Positions 46,391-56,417 are shown, numbered from the stretch's first letter. The stretch: DNA of 64,000 nt from an uncultured Gammaproteobacteria bacterium (GCA_964418775.1 CAYQNA010000004.1:14230-78229); one strand, 5' to 3'. The notes: a model not told the origin generated them from the sequence alone. Program-made: numbers and translations.

Positions 46391-47425
46391 TTATGCACAC
46401 TTTCGAAGCTTGGCAATATAAAAGCCCTCGATGTCACGGGTTGGATTGATACGAAGTGTATTTTTTAAAGCCACAGGAAAGTCTTTGTCTTTCCAGCTTT
46501 TCAAGGCTGGTAATGGTTGGGCCATGGGCACTGTAATTGGCTCAACCGAAACATCAGGGAAACGCTCGAGTAAGCGAGCAATCTGAACTTCATTCTCTTC
46601 GGGCGCAAATGTGCACGTAGAATACACTAGCGTCCCGCCTGGTTTAAGCGCCCCCCAGGCCGCAAACAACAAACTGCGTTGCTTAAACGCCATTTCCTTA
46701 ATTTTGCGCTCGCTCCAATAGCCAAACGTCTTAGGGTCACCCTCGACAAATCGGGCTTCGGCACTACAGGGTGCATCAAGCAGAATTTTATCAAAATAAT
46801 TCGGATATTCACGGCACAGGTCAGCCCCATGCTCCAACCGAAGTGTGAATTTCCAGTCCCCATCCTCGGGTTTGGGCACACCATCGCCCACACCCAGGAG
46901 TTCCATGTTGTGTTTAAGCTTAAAAAACCGCACTTTATTATTATCATTGGCCACTAATTCACCCCGGCGCCCCATCATGGCCGCCATTTGTGAAGTTTTG
47001 CTGCCCGGAGCTGCAGTCAGATCCAAAACCTTCTCGCCTGGTTGTGGATCAAGCACCAGTGGTGGCGACATGCTCGCCAAACTTTGAATGTAAATCTTGC
47101 CGTCCAAATACGTTTGGGTTTCAGTCAGTTCGCGCTTTGTCCGACTGCGCAAAACATACGCGTCCGCATACCATGGCACACGCTCGAGCTTAAACCCATC
47201 TTGCTGCAAATACTGCACCAGTTGGTCTGGTTGTTTTTTGCCATATGCATCCACTGCGACTGACACCTTAAGACGGTTGATGCGTAATGTAGTCGGCCGT
47301 GTCACAAACGTGGCCCGCGCCTGCGCAGCCAAAGACGGCCCGACCATGGTGTCGAGCCGCTCCGCAAACCCCTCGGGCAAACTGCCCACTGATTTTCCGT
47401 TGTTTTTGCCTTTGCCCTTCCCCAT
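46391..47425 (-). CDS. RsmB/NOL1/NOP2/Sun-family RNA m5C methyltransferase
   Basis: SAM motif DLTAAPGSKTSQMAAMM and catalytic LLDAPCSAEA. The start is placed at MGKGKGKNNG, which abuts the asnS stop. Confidence 0.8.
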   Translation of the reverse strand: MGKGKGKNNGKSVGSLPEGFAERLDTMVGPSLAAQARATFVTRPTTLRINRLKVSVAVDAYGKKQPDQLVQYLQQDGFKLERVPWYADAYVLRSRTKRELTETQTYLDGKIYIQSLASMSPPLVLDPQPGEKVLDLTAAPGSKTSQMAAMMGRRGELVANDNNKVRFFKLKHNMELLGVGDGVPKPEDGDWKFTLRLEHGADLCREYPNYFDKILLDAPCSAEARFVEGDPKTFGYWSERKIKEMAFKQRSLLFAAWGALKPGGTLVYSTCTFAPEENEVQIARLLERFPDVSVEPITVPMAQPLPALKSWKDKDFPVALKNTLRINPTRDIEGFYIAKLRKCA

Positions 47426-47426
47426 A

Positions 47427-48725
47427 TTATGGGCGCATGCGGTTAAGCATACGTGGGAATGGAATTGTTTCACGAATATGGTGCACACCCGTAATCCAGC
47501 GGATCGTACGTTCCAAACCAATTCCAAAACCACTGTGTTCTACAGAGCCAAATTTGCGTGTGTTCAAATACCACTCATACTCAGCCTGCGGATAATTACG
47601 TGTCACAATTTCGTTGAGGAGCACATCATAGCTCGTCTCGCGCTGACTACCACCAATAATTTCCCGACCTTCTTCGGGTGCGATCAAGTCGGCGTTACGT
47701 GCACGTTTTACCCCATCTTCGTCCACATAGCTCTTCATGTAAAACGCCTTGACGGCAAATGGATAATCCTCAATAAAAATCGGCAATTGGTACTTGTTGC
47801 CCAAATAAATCTCTTCTTCGGTGGCCATGTCATCGAGCGGGTCAACCTTGATACCGTCAGCCGCCAAAATCGCTTTGGCTTCTTTGTGCTTAAGGTGTAT
47901 AAATGGTTCGTTTACCAAGCGCTGCAAAATCGTGGTGTCGCGTTCCAAAATTTTTAATTCTTCCGAACAATTCGCGAGTACATCTTCAACAATACGTTTT
48001 ACCATGCGTTCCTGCACATCCATGTTGGCCACTTGGTCGCCGAACGCCATTTCCGCGTCCATCATCCAGAGTTCAGACAAGTGGTGGCGCGTCTTGCTTT
48101 TTTCGGCGCGGAACACTGGCCCAAAGTCATACACTTTTCCAAATGCCATAATGCCAGCCTCGCTGTACAATTGGCCAGATTGCGTCAAATACATTGGCTC
48201 GCCATAGTAATCGAGCTGGAACAACTGTGTTGTATCCTCGCAACTTGTCGGTTGCAAAATTGGCGTATCAAAACGCAAGAAACCTTCTTCGTGGAAGAAA
48301 TTTGTAATCGACAAAAATACTTGATTGCGAATGCGCAGTACGGCCCACGGTGTTTTAGCACGCAAATACAGGTCGCGGTTATCGAACAAAAATTCCGGAC
48401 CATGTTCTTTGTGTGCAATCGGATATTCCGGTGCAATTTGCAAAACCTCGACTTCGTTTACCTGCAGCTCGTACACATTTTCCTTTTTTGGGTGCTTGGA
48501 AACTTCACCTGTCACCTTGAGCGACGATTCCTGGGTCAGCTTGGTCACATTTTCCCACACCTCAGCTTGTACCGAATCCTTGGCTACCACAGCCTGAATA
48601 AAGCCCGACCCATCACGTATTTCCAAAAACGCAATCGAGCCCGACGAACGCGAGTTATACAACCAGCCCTGCAAAGTCACGGTTTGGCCCACAAACTGGG
48701 CAATTTTGCTAATTTCAGTCACCAT
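47427..48725 (-). CDS. asnS: Asparagine--tRNA ligase
   Basis: OB-fold anticodon-binding N-terminus and class IIb motif FRAEKSKTRHHLSELWMMDAEMAF (AsnRS-type). Confidence 0.85.
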   Translation of the reverse strand: MVTEISKIAQFVGQTVTLQGWLYNSRSSGSIAFLEIRDGSGFIQAVVAKDSVQAEVWENVTKLTQESSLKVTGEVSKHPKKENVYELQVNEVEVLQIAPEYPIAHKEHGPEFLFDNRDLYLRAKTPWAVLRIRNQVFLSITNFFHEEGFLRFDTPILQPTSCEDTTQLFQLDYYGEPMYLTQSGQLYSEAGIMAFGKVYDFGPVFRAEKSKTRHHLSELWMMDAEMAFGDQVANMDVQERMVKRIVEDVLANCSEELKILERDTTILQRLVNEPFIHLKHKEAKAILAADGIKVDPLDDMATEEEIYLGNKYQLPIFIEDYPFAVKAFYMKSYVDEDGVKRARNADLIAPEEGREIIGGSQRETSYDVLLNEIVTRNYPQAEYEWYLNTRKFGSVEHSGFGIGLERTIRWITGVHHIRETIPFPRMLNRMRP

Positions 48726-48772
48726 AAAAACAAATAAGAATGCAGGTATCCTAGCCCAAAACCCGCAATAAT

Positions 48773-49525
48773 TCAAGCCCAGTTCCGCAAGCCTAACTCC
48801 GAATGATACTGTGCAAAACTAAAAATAATTTGATGCAAAATTTGCGACTCATTTTCGTCTGGCACCCACTCCCCTAACTTTGGCCACTCGGTTTGATATA
48901 GCCACACCAGCCGATACACCAGGTCAATGTCGAGCCAGAAAAAATTACCTTGTTCGTACACGTCTGGGTGCGCCCCGCACACCAAACCACCAGCTGGCAC
49001 AGAAAAACCAACCCGACGGCGCTCGCTAGCTTCAATTGCTTCGCGCATTAAATCACTGACCGGGCGGACGCAAACCAAACATTGATTAAGTTCAGCCGTA
49101 AAACCTAACAAAGCCAACAAACGCAAAGCCAACGCATCAACGATCAGCGGTGGTACTACCTCGACTCTATCCAAATACGCGAGCCACTCTTTTAATAAAC
49201 TAAAAATCTGGCGGTCTGGCACACGTTCACCCAGTACATGATTGGCAAACGCCACCCCCTGTCCCAGCCGTTTTATGTGCGCCAGGTCACGGCGCGCGCC
49301 AAATGACGCGGCCACAGTTTGGGTTTTAGCTAAATGCAAGCGCTCGCGCCCCGGAATTAACGCACACTCGATAATTGTCCCAGGCTCTACATGTGCAGAC
49401 TGCCGGCTCGTAATTTTTTTATTGCTGCGTGCCAAGGCCTCGACTTTGCCAAGCTCATACGCAAACAAAGTCACGGCTTCATCAAACTCGCGCACTGGCC
49501 GGCGCGCCAGCACAATGGCCTGCAT
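48773..49525 (-). CDS. recO: DNA repair protein RecO
   Basis: N-terminal OB fold (AIVLARRPVREFDEAVTLF) and a central Cys zinc motif (CLVC…C…). Confidence 0.8.
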   Translation of the reverse strand: MQAIVLARRPVREFDEAVTLFAYELGKVEALARSNKKITSRQSAHVEPGTIIECALIPGRERLHLAKTQTVAASFGARRDLAHIKRLGQGVAFANHVLGERVPDRQIFSLLKEWLAYLDRVEVVPPLIVDALALRLLALLGFTAELNQCLVCVRPVSDLMREAIEASERRRVGFSVPAGGLVCGAHPDVYEQGNFFWLDIDLVYRLVWLYQTEWPKLGEWVPDENESQILHQIIFSFAQYHSELGLRNWA

Positions 49526-49526
49526 A

Positions 49527-49886
49527 TTACCGCTGATCCAAAAAGGACTGAAGAATAATCATGGCTGATTTTTCGTCGCGCGATGCGCCCTCGGCACCCA
49601 TACGCGCGGCTGCGGCTGTGGAAAAACGTTCATCAACAAATTGCACAGGTGCCAAATTTTCCAATTGTGCACCAATCGCGCGCACCTCACTCACCCATTC
49701 AGTTTCACCAGCCTCCAAATCGAGCGGCAAACCAATTACGACCTGCGTAATTTTTTCTTTGGCAATAATATCGCGCACTTCATCCACACTTGCCACCACC
49801 CCAAACGGCAACACCACACCCAAACCCGGCTCGCACCAAGCCAGACCCCAGCGCTTTTTACCCACATCAATCGCCAAAATACTCAT
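49527..49886 (-). CDS. ruvX: Holliday-junction resolvase-like YqgF/RuvX
   Basis: ILAIDVGKKRWGLA N-terminus and …FVDERFST… motif. Confidence 0.85.
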   Translation of the reverse strand: MSILAIDVGKKRWGLAWCEPGLGVVLPFGVVASVDEVRDIIAKEKITQVVIGLPLDLEAGETEWVSEVRAIGAQLENLAPVQFVDERFSTAAAARMGAEGASRDEKSAMIILQSFLDQR

Positions 49887-49887
49887 A

Positions 49888-50691
49888 CTACTTTTCGCTA
49901 GGTCGACGCGTCACTACCTGCGGTCCATCTTTGGTAATAATAATCGTGTGTTCAAAATGCGCATTCCACTTGCGGTCGGTTGGCAAAATGGTCCATTTAT
50001 CCGGGCCGATTGTGACCTTGTGCGTACCCAACGTAATCATTGGCTCAATCGCAATCACAACCCCTGGCTGCAAAATCCAAGTTTCCAAATCAGCATCATA
50101 ATAATTAGGCACGCGGGGCTCTTCGTGCACAGCATGACCAACCCCATGACCCACTAAATCGCGCACAATCCCATATTTCCCCTGGCTATGCACATACTGC
50201 TCAATCGCTCGCCCAATGTCCGCCACGGTTTTACCCGGCTGCGCGGCCGCAATTCCCATTTCCATTGATTGGCGTGTGACCGCAAGCAACTTTTTTATTT
50301 CTTCGGAAACCTCACCAACTGGAATTGTCAGGGCCGTGTCTGTAAAAAAACCTTTTTTGCCCGCCACTGGCGCTGGATATTGCATGCCAATATCCAAACT
50401 AATAATATCGCCAGACTGAATAATTTTTTCTTTGGTGGCAATGCCGTGAACTAATTCCTCATTACGCGAAAAACAGAGTGTTGACGGAAAGGCCGGATCA
50501 CTCCGGTGCGACTTATAGCCCTTGAACGCTGGCACACCGCCAGCGGCGCGAATTAATCGTTCAGCCTCAACATCAATTTCCCAGGCACTCACACCTGGTT
50601 TAACCATGGTCGACAATTGATCCAAAATTTCGCCCATGATTTGACCGCCCTCAGCAATCAATTGTAATTCAGCGGGTTTTTTGATGTACAT
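49888..50691 (-). CDS. map: Methionine aminopeptidase type I
   Basis: Metal-binding motifs incl. GHGVGHAVHEEP. Confidence 0.9.
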   Translation of the reverse strand: MYIKKPAELQLIAEGGQIMGEILDQLSTMVKPGVSAWEIDVEAERLIRAAGGVPAFKGYKSHRSDPAFPSTLCFSRNEELVHGIATKEKIIQSGDIISLDIGMQYPAPVAGKKGFFTDTALTIPVGEVSEEIKKLLAVTRQSMEMGIAAAQPGKTVADIGRAIEQYVHSQGKYGIVRDLVGHGVGHAVHEEPRVPNYYDADLETWILQPGVVIAIEPMITLGTHKVTIGPDKWTILPTDRKWNAHFEHTIIITKDGPQVVTRRPSEK

Positions 50692-50699
50692 AATTCTAC

Positions 50700-51362
50700 T
50701 TATTCCAAAACTTTAGCAATATCAACAGCTACATGTTCAATATCTTGCGTGGCATCAACCGTAGCAAGCACACCGCAACTCTCGTAAAAATCAACCAGTG
50801 GCTTAAGCGCCGCATTACCCTGGTCACGCAAACGTTCGCGCACAACTTCGGGCTGGTCATCAGGACGTTTAACTACTGGCGCCTGACACTTTGGACACTT
50901 CGTTAACTCCGGCTCGCCAGCTTCTGGATAAGTCAAAATAAAATTGCACTGCGTGCACACGCCGCGACGCGACAAACGGATTACACTCACTTCATCAGGC
51001 ATGGACAAATGAATCGCTTGCACTTCATTTACTAAATCACTGGTTTCGAAAAACTTCTGGTACTGCTGGGCCTGTTCCAAATTGCGAATCGCACCATCCA
51101 AAATCACTCCGCGACCAGCGGCAATTTCCTGCGTAATCTCGTGGAATACCAAACGGTAAATCAATTCATTATCAACCAAATGACCACTCTTCATAGCCGC
51201 AATCTTGGCTTTGTCTGCTGGGTCAGCGTTTGGGTCAGCATCGAGTCTGCGCAAAAGCACGCCCGTAGAAATATGTCGGTGGCCAAATTTTTCCGTAATA
51301 AAGCTGGCTTGCGTTCCCTTTCCGCTACCAGGGATTCCCAGCAGCACCACGATCTTTTTCAT
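50700..51362 (-). CDS. adk: Adenylate kinase (with zinc-binding lid)
   Basis: P-loop GIPGSGKGTQ and lid Cys4 (CTQC…CPKC). Confidence 0.9.
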   Translation of the reverse strand: MKKIVVLLGIPGSGKGTQASFITEKFGHRHISTGVLLRRLDADPNADPADKAKIAAMKSGHLVDNELIYRLVFHEITQEIAAGRGVILDGAIRNLEQAQQYQKFFETSDLVNEVQAIHLSMPDEVSVIRLSRRGVCTQCNFILTYPEAGEPELTKCPKCQAPVVKRPDDQPEVVRERLRDQGNAALKPLVDFYESCGVLATVDATQDIEHVAVDIAKVLE

Positions 51363-51712
51363 TGCTGTGTAAAAAAATGTTTAAACGCGTCACGTACGGC
51401 CCAGTGGTCATTTTTACTGATTTTTCCCTGGGTTACCAGACGCTGCAGAGCTTGGTCAATTTGGCGCAACGATACAAAGCCATCGTTACCACGAACCTGC
51501 AAAATTGCCTCGTGGATAACGTGCTGCTCCTCGGCCGTAAGGGTCGAAATATGGGCCCGAGACACCAAATGGTGAACATCGAGCTCAGACAGGGCCCGAG
51601 CCTGGCCAGAGTACTGGTCAGAGCCAGTGCCAAACAAAAAACTCATGAAACCCATACCACTTAAAAAATCGCTTAAATTAGCGAATTTATAGGCAATACG
51701 CTCCTTATCCAC
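51359..51712 (-). CDS. Hypothetical protein inserted between secY and adk
   Basis: 117-aa ORF overlapping the adk start by 4 nt. No motif was recognised. Confidence 0.4.
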   Translation of the reverse strand: MDKERIAYKFANLSDFLSGMGFMSFLFGTGSDQYSGQARALSELDVHHLVSRAHISTLTAEEQHVIHEAILQVRGNDGFVSLRQIDQALQRLVTQGKISKNDHWAVRDAFKHFFTQQ

Positions 51713-51764
51713 GGCAAGCGGAGGCAGTATAGCAGAACATTCCTACATTGACAAATCCCCCATT

Positions 51765-52316
51765 TTGGGGTATACTATGAGGTCCGTTTTAAAGTCGAAA
51801 GACAGTCAGTCAACCCAATCAACGGACACAGGAGGAGAGCCCGTGATAACCCCGAGTCGACAGCTACCCCCACCGCCAGGTGGGGACTCCGGGGGGCCGA
51901 TCACGGTCCCCTTCCGCCCCCCGACCGAGGCGGAGATCCGCAAAATCGTGGCCGAGGAGCTGAAAAAACAGGCTACCGAGGCGAAGGCAAAGACCCAGCG
52001 AGAAAAAGACGAGGCCAGCCTCGAGGAGGCAGTGGCAACGGCCGATCACACGGCGTCCATGAGGACAGCGTGGGCAGTCTGCTTCTGGGCGTTCCTCGCC
52101 GCAGCCGTGATCGTAGCCATCGTTGGGCTGTGCATGCTCAAGTTCGGCTACATCCTGTACACGGCCCTCCTCGGGGGCGTCGCCCGCCTGTTCTACGCGT
52201 GGAACAAAAGGGCCGACCGCGCTTGGTCGACTTTGACAGGTGACGTGAACGCCCGACACGAAAAGCTCCACGGCGGACACGGCCACGGCGGCGGGGACCA
52301 CAAGCCCCACAAGTAG
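51765..52316 (+). CDS. Small membrane protein with Pro-rich N-terminus and His/Gly-rich C-terminal tail, encoded in an anomalously GC-rich (~63%) 670-bp insert
   Basis: TM helix WAVCFWAFLAAAVIVAIVGLCML and C-terminal HGGHGHGGGDHKPHK. The GC content contrasts with the ~50% of the flanks. Confidence 0.45.
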   Translation: MGYTMRSVLKSKDSQSTQSTDTGGEPVITPSRQLPPPPGGDSGGPITVPFRPPTEAEIRKIVAEELKKQATEAKAKTQREKDEASLEEAVATADHTASMRTAWAVCFWAFLAAAVIVAIVGLCMLKFGYILYTALLGGVARLFYAWNKRADRAWSTLTGDVNARHEKLHGGHGHGGGDHKPHK

Positions 52317-52468
52317 CGCGACGCGCACCGGACAGGTCTGCTAGGTAGCAGCTGTCGCAACGGCACGCGACACGTGAACGGAGTGGAGCGAGAACAACCG
52401 ATTCCTCGACCCATTCCCACGAGTAACAAAACATTTGTTGCTGGTGGGAGTCGAGAAATCGTAAATAT

Positions 52469-52494
52469 AAAACCCCGAGCGATCGGGGTTTTAT
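52469..52494. terminator. Bidirectional intrinsic terminator (AAAA-CCCCGA-GCGA-UCGGGG-UUUU) between the GC-rich ORF and secY
   Basis: 6-bp GC stem flanked by A4 and U4 tracts. Confidence 0.6.
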
Positions 52495-52515
52495 TATTGT
52501 TATTTTTTTTAGGCT

Positions 52516-53787
52516 TTAAACGCGGTCGTACTCGTACATGGTCATTTGCGCGTCGATTTGTTTGGCAGTTTCAATGGCCACACTCACAACGATAAGCAAA
52601 CTCGTACCACCAATCACGAGCGACTGTGAACCAGTGAACGCACGCACAAGGAGTGGTAAAATCGCGATGATGCCCAAGAACAACGCACCTGGGAACAACA
52701 AACGATTCATGGTCTTGGCAATGTAAGTCTCAGTTTCTTTACCAGGACGAACACCTGGGATAAACGCACCCTGACGTTGCAAGTTCTCGGCCATTTTTTG
52801 TGGCTGGAATACAACCGACGTGTAGAAATACGTGAACCCAAACACCATGACAAAGTACAAGATACCGTAGAACAGCTGGTTGTTGAAAAGCTGAATCACC
52901 TCGGCAGCAGCGCGACCAACCCAACCTGGGTTATTCACAAAGAATTGTGCCACGAGTGGTGGAAAGAGCACAACCGAAATTGCAAAGATAATTGGAATCA
53001 CACCAGCCATGTTTACGCGGAGTGGCAAGTGACTCTTGGTACCACCAAAAAAGCGGTTGCCCTGCACCTGCTTGGCATAATTGATTGGAATATTACGTTG
53101 ACCTTCGCTAATCACCACCACGCCAACAATGGTCACCACAGCCATGACTGCAAACAAAATATAGGTGAGCAAGTCAGAGGCATTGTAGTTTACAAACAAA
53201 GTTTGCAACTGCGTTGGCAAGGCCGAGACGATACCAGCGAAGATGAGGAGTGACAAACCATTACCAATTTTGCGCTCGGTAATAATTTCGCCAAGCCACA
53301 TGAGGAACACAGTACCCGCAGTCACCGTGAGCAAAATGCCCATGAACTGCCAGGTATTCAAATCACCAAGCAAACCAGCTTGCTGCTGACGGAGCAATTT
53401 GATCATGCTAAAACCCTGTAAAAACGCGAGTGGCACCGTAGCCAAACGAGTATACATGTTGATTTTTTGCTGACCAGACTCCCCTTCTTTGGAGATTTCT
53501 TCCAAGCGAGGCACCACCATGGTAAGGAGTTGGAAAATAATCGAAGCCGTGATGTATGGACCAACGCCCATGAGCACGATTGAAAAATTTTCCATTGTAC
53601 CACCCGAGAACAAGTTCAAGAGGCCCAAAAATTGGTTACTCTCGAGCACGCGCTGGAGTGCACCTGGGTTAACCCCAGGAACTGGAATATGAGCGGCCGC
53701 GCGGAACACGACCAACATCAGGAGAACAAACAAAATATTGTTGCGCAGGGCCTTGATTTTCCAAATGCGCTGGAATTTTTCCCACAT
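52516..53787 (-). CDS. secY: Preprotein translocase subunit SecY
   Basis: 10 TM helices and overall SecY pattern. Confidence 0.9.
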   Translation of the reverse strand: MWEKFQRIWKIKALRNNILFVLLMLVVFRAAAHIPVPGVNPGALQRVLESNQFLGLLNLFSGGTMENFSIVLMGVGPYITASIIFQLLTMVVPRLEEISKEGESGQQKINMYTRLATVPLAFLQGFSMIKLLRQQQAGLLGDLNTWQFMGILLTVTAGTVFLMWLGEIITERKIGNGLSLLIFAGIVSALPTQLQTLFVNYNASDLLTYILFAVMAVVTIVGVVVISEGQRNIPINYAKQVQGNRFFGGTKSHLPLRVNMAGVIPIIFAISVVLFPPLVAQFFVNNPGWVGRAAAEVIQLFNNQLFYGILYFVMVFGFTYFYTSVVFQPQKMAENLQRQGAFIPGVRPGKETETYIAKTMNRLLFPGALFLGIIAILPLLVRAFTGSQSLVIGGTSLLIVVSVAIETAKQIDAQMTMYEYDRV

Positions 53788-53831
53788 ACGCGATAATCAA
53801 TAAACAGGCCGGACTAGGCCGGCCTGATGTT

Positions 53832-54275
53832 TTAGAACACTACTTTACCACCGGTTTTTTCAATGGCTGCAACTGCGCCCTTGGACGCAAGGCAACCCTG
53901 AACAGTGACGGCTTTGGTGAGTTTACCACTAGCAACGATTTTAACACCGTTGTTAATTGTGCTCACGATTTTGCGCTTAGCAAGCCAAACCGGCGTAATT
54001 GTTTGGTTGGCAACTGCAACGCGTTCCAAAGTGGTTAAATTAACCAACTCTGGCTTAGCATACATGCTCTTGAAACCACGGTTCTTTGGGACCTTCATCA
54101 AAGTGCGACGCAAACCAAGCACTTTAAGGCCACCGCGGCCACCAGTACGGGCCTTTTGACCCTTGGTACCTTTACCAGCGGTTGTACCTTTTTGCGAGGC
54201 ATTGCCACGGCCAACACGACGAGCACTGCGCGATACGCGACGGCCCGGGTTAAGTGTGTGGAGGGATAATGTCAT
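53832..54275 (-). CDS. rplO: 50S ribosomal protein L15
   Basis: Gly/Lys-rich N-terminus (…GRGNASQKGTTAGKGTKGQKARTGG…). Confidence 0.9.
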   Translation of the reverse strand: MTLSLHTLNPGRRVSRSARRVGRGNASQKGTTAGKGTKGQKARTGGRGGLKVLGLRRTLMKVPKNRGFKSMYAKPELVNLTTLERVAVANQTITPVWLAKRKIVSTINNGVKIVASGKLTKAVTVQGCLASKGAVAAIEKTGGKVVF

Positions 54276-54284
54276 AGGAGTAGA

Positions 54285-54878
54285 CTAAGCTTTAGCTTCG
54301 GCCTGCTTGGCTGGAGCGCGACGCACTACGCGTGGTGCTGACTTAGCTGGAGCAACTTCTTCCGAAGCAACTGAGGCAGCCACAGGAGCCAACTTGATGC
54401 GAGCAGTCTTAAAGCGATTCAAAGCAGCAAACACGGCTTTGATGTTGGCGATCTTGTTGTTGGTCTTACCGATCATTTTAGCCGATACGTTTGGTACACC
54501 AGCAAGTTCGAGCACGTTGCGTACTACACTGCCGGCAATAATACCCGAACCGCGTGGAGCTGGTTTGATCATGATTTTGGCAGCCTTGAACTTGGCTTCG
54601 ACGCGGTGAGGTACGCTTTCCTTTACCAAAGGAATGCGGATCATGTTCTTGCGAGCATTGTTCACAGCTTTTTCAACAGCCAATTGTACGTCCTTGCCTT
54701 TGCGTACGCCATAGCCAACACGGCCATTGCGGTCGCCAATAAGTACACAAGCGCGGAAGCTGAGCTGTTTACCACCCTTGGTCACGCGCGTAACGCGGGA
54801 CAAGTCAACGATAAACTGGTCAAACTCTGGCTTTTCTTTTGGTGGTCTGGGCTTGCGGTCCCGTTTTCCCTTATCCAT
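54285..54878 (-). CDS. rpsE: 30S ribosomal protein S5 (with ~30-aa Ala/Pro-rich C-terminal extension)
   Basis: …FRACVLIGDRNGRVGYGVRKGKDVQLAVEKA… S5 signature. Confidence 0.9.
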   Translation of the reverse strand: MDKGKRDRKPRPPKEKPEFDQFIVDLSRVTRVTKGGKQLSFRACVLIGDRNGRVGYGVRKGKDVQLAVEKAVNNARKNMIRIPLVKESVPHRVEAKFKAAKIMIKPAPRGSGIIAGSVVRNVLELAGVPNVSAKMIGKTNNKIANIKAVFAALNRFKTARIKLAPVAASVASEEVAPAKSAPRVVRRAPAKQAEAKA

Positions 54879-54890
54879 AGTCTGAGAATA

Positions 54891-55256
54891 TTAAAATTGC
54901 AAACCGCCGTCGCGTGCGCCTTCGGCAACTGCCTTAACGCGGCCGTGATAACGGAAACCGGCACGATCGAACACAATGGTAGTGATCTTGGCCGCAGCTG
55001 CGAGTTCGGCAATTTTCTTGCCAACCAAGTATGCTTCGGCTGATTTACCCTTGCGTTCACCAGCATCGCCACCTTTGGCCAATGTTTTACTGTGCACGCT
55101 AGCCACAGTGCGGCCAGTCGTGTCATCAATCAACTGAGCAAAGATGTTAAGCAAACTGCGGTGCACGTTCAAGCGTGGGCGTTCCGCTGTGCCGCTGATG
55201 CGGGCACGGATGCGGCCTTGGCGCAAACGACGTTTTTGTTGAGTAGTAGTCTTCAT
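54891..55256 (-). CDS. rplR: 50S ribosomal protein L18
   Basis: …RLNVHRSLLNIFAQLIDD… L18 pattern. Confidence 0.9.
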   Translation of the reverse strand: MKTTTQQKRRLRQGRIRARISGTAERPRLNVHRSLLNIFAQLIDDTTGRTVASVHSKTLAKGGDAGERKGKSAEAYLVGKKIAELAAAAKITTIVFDRAGFRYHGRVKAVAEGARDGGLQF

Positions 55257-55268
55257 ACAAAATCAGGA

Positions 55269-55811
55269 TTAACCCTTAGCTGCAGTCTTACCAGCCTTGC
55301 GACGGATAGTTTCAGTAGCGTACTTGATACCCTTACCCTTATATGGTTCAGGTTTCTTAACCGCACGCAACTTTGCAGCGACATTACCCAACTGTTCGCG
55401 GTCAAAGCCAGTTAAACGGATCTGGTTTTTTTCCACGCTAGCAACAATGCCGGCTGGAATTGGGAAAATAACTGGGTGAGAAAAACCAACTTCGAGCTTA
55501 AGGTCTTTGCCTTGCATAGCAACGCGATAACCTACGCCGTTGATTTCTAAGTCTTTGGTAAAGCCTTCGGTTACGCCTTTCACCATGTTCTTAAGGTGAG
55601 CACCAGTTGTGCCCCAGAGCGAACGTTCAGATTTTTCATCTGGGTTCTGAACTGCGGCAGTAACTGTGTTGTCAGCAACTGTGACAGTAACCATGGCTGG
55701 AAAATTACGAGTGACCTCGCCTTTTGGACCTTTTACAGTCACAACGCCATTGTTAACGGTTACAGTAACGCCGCTCGGAATGGTAATGATTTGTTTGCCA
55801 ATGCGGGACAT
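55269..55811 (-). CDS. rplF: 50S ribosomal protein L6
   Basis: Start at MSRIGKQIITIPSGVTVTV (internal Met of the track ORF). Confidence 0.9.
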   Translation of the reverse strand: MSRIGKQIITIPSGVTVTVNNGVVTVKGPKGEVTRNFPAMVTVTVADNTVTAAVQNPDEKSERSLWGTTGAHLKNMVKGVTEGFTKDLEINGVGYRVAMQGKDLKLEVGFSHPVIFPIPAGIVASVEKNQIRLTGFDREQLGNVAAKLRAVKKPEPYKGKGIKYATETIRRKAGKTAAKG

Positions 55812-55818
55812 ATGCGTA

Positions 55819-56211
55819 TTAGTAAACCGTGCAAATAACCTCGCCGCCAAGGCCAAGTTTCTTGGCTTCGGTAACGGTCATCATACCACGAGAAGTCGAA
55901 ACAACAGCTGTGCCATAACCCGAGAGCACAGTTGGGAGTTCGTCTGCCTTGCGGTACATGCGGTGGCCAGGCTTGCTGGCGCGGTCAATGGCTTGGATTG
56001 CTGGCTCCTTGCCATTGTATTTAAGTTCAACTACAAGCTGAGCTACTGGTTTTGCGTCAACGCGGTTGACACCAGCAACATAACCCTCGCGGTGCAAAAT
56101 TTCCACGATCGCGAGTTTGAGTTTAGAAAATGGAATGCTTACCTGGCGCTTACCTGCCATCTGGCCGTTGCGAATCCGGGTGAGCATGTCGGCAATTGTA
56201 TCAGTCATCAT
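55819..56211 (-). CDS. rpsH: 30S ribosomal protein S8
   Basis: MMTDTIADMLTRIRNG N-terminus. Confidence 0.9.
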   Translation of the reverse strand: MMTDTIADMLTRIRNGQMAGKRQVSIPFSKLKLAIVEILHREGYVAGVNRVDAKPVAQLVVELKYNGKEPAIQAIDRASKPGHRMYRKADELPTVLSGYGTAVVSTSRGMMTVTEAKKLGLGGEVICTVY

Positions 56212-56225
56212 AGGGGTTCAATTAA

Positions 56226-56411
56226 TTACCAGCTGGACTTGCGAATGCCCGGAATAAGTCCCTGGTTGGCCAATTCGCGGAAGCAGATGCGGCACATGTT
56301 GAATGGACGCAAATACGAACGCTTGCGGCCGCATTTCCAGCAGCGGCGCACCACGCGAGTGCTGTACTTTGGCTTTTTGGCCGATTTGGCAATTTGTGCT
56401 TGTGTAGCCAT
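56226..56411 (-). CDS. rpsZ: 30S ribosomal protein S14, zinc-binding type Z
   Basis: 61 aa with a CxxC…CxxC zinc ribbon. Confidence 0.9.
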   Translation of the reverse strand: MATQAQIAKSAKKPKYSTRVVRRCWKCGRKRSYLRPFNMCRICFRELANQGLIPGIRKSSW

Positions 56412-56417
56412 AGAAAA

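Noticed and set aside
47097-48737. Plus-strand ORFs of 286 and 234 aa
   Set aside because: Antisense to the rsmB-like and asnS genes, whose minus-strand products carry clear catalytic motifs.
49561-50157. 198-aa plus-strand ORF
   Set aside because: Antisense to ruvX and map. It has unbroken Ala/Ser/Thr-rich composition.
51864-52434. Minus-strand ORFs (154, 98 and 78 aa) in the GC-rich insert
   Set aside because: High-GC DNA yields long spurious ORFs in all frames. These are Arg/Gly/Pro-rich and lack starts with an RBS. The plus-strand ORF has a TM helix and a terminator.
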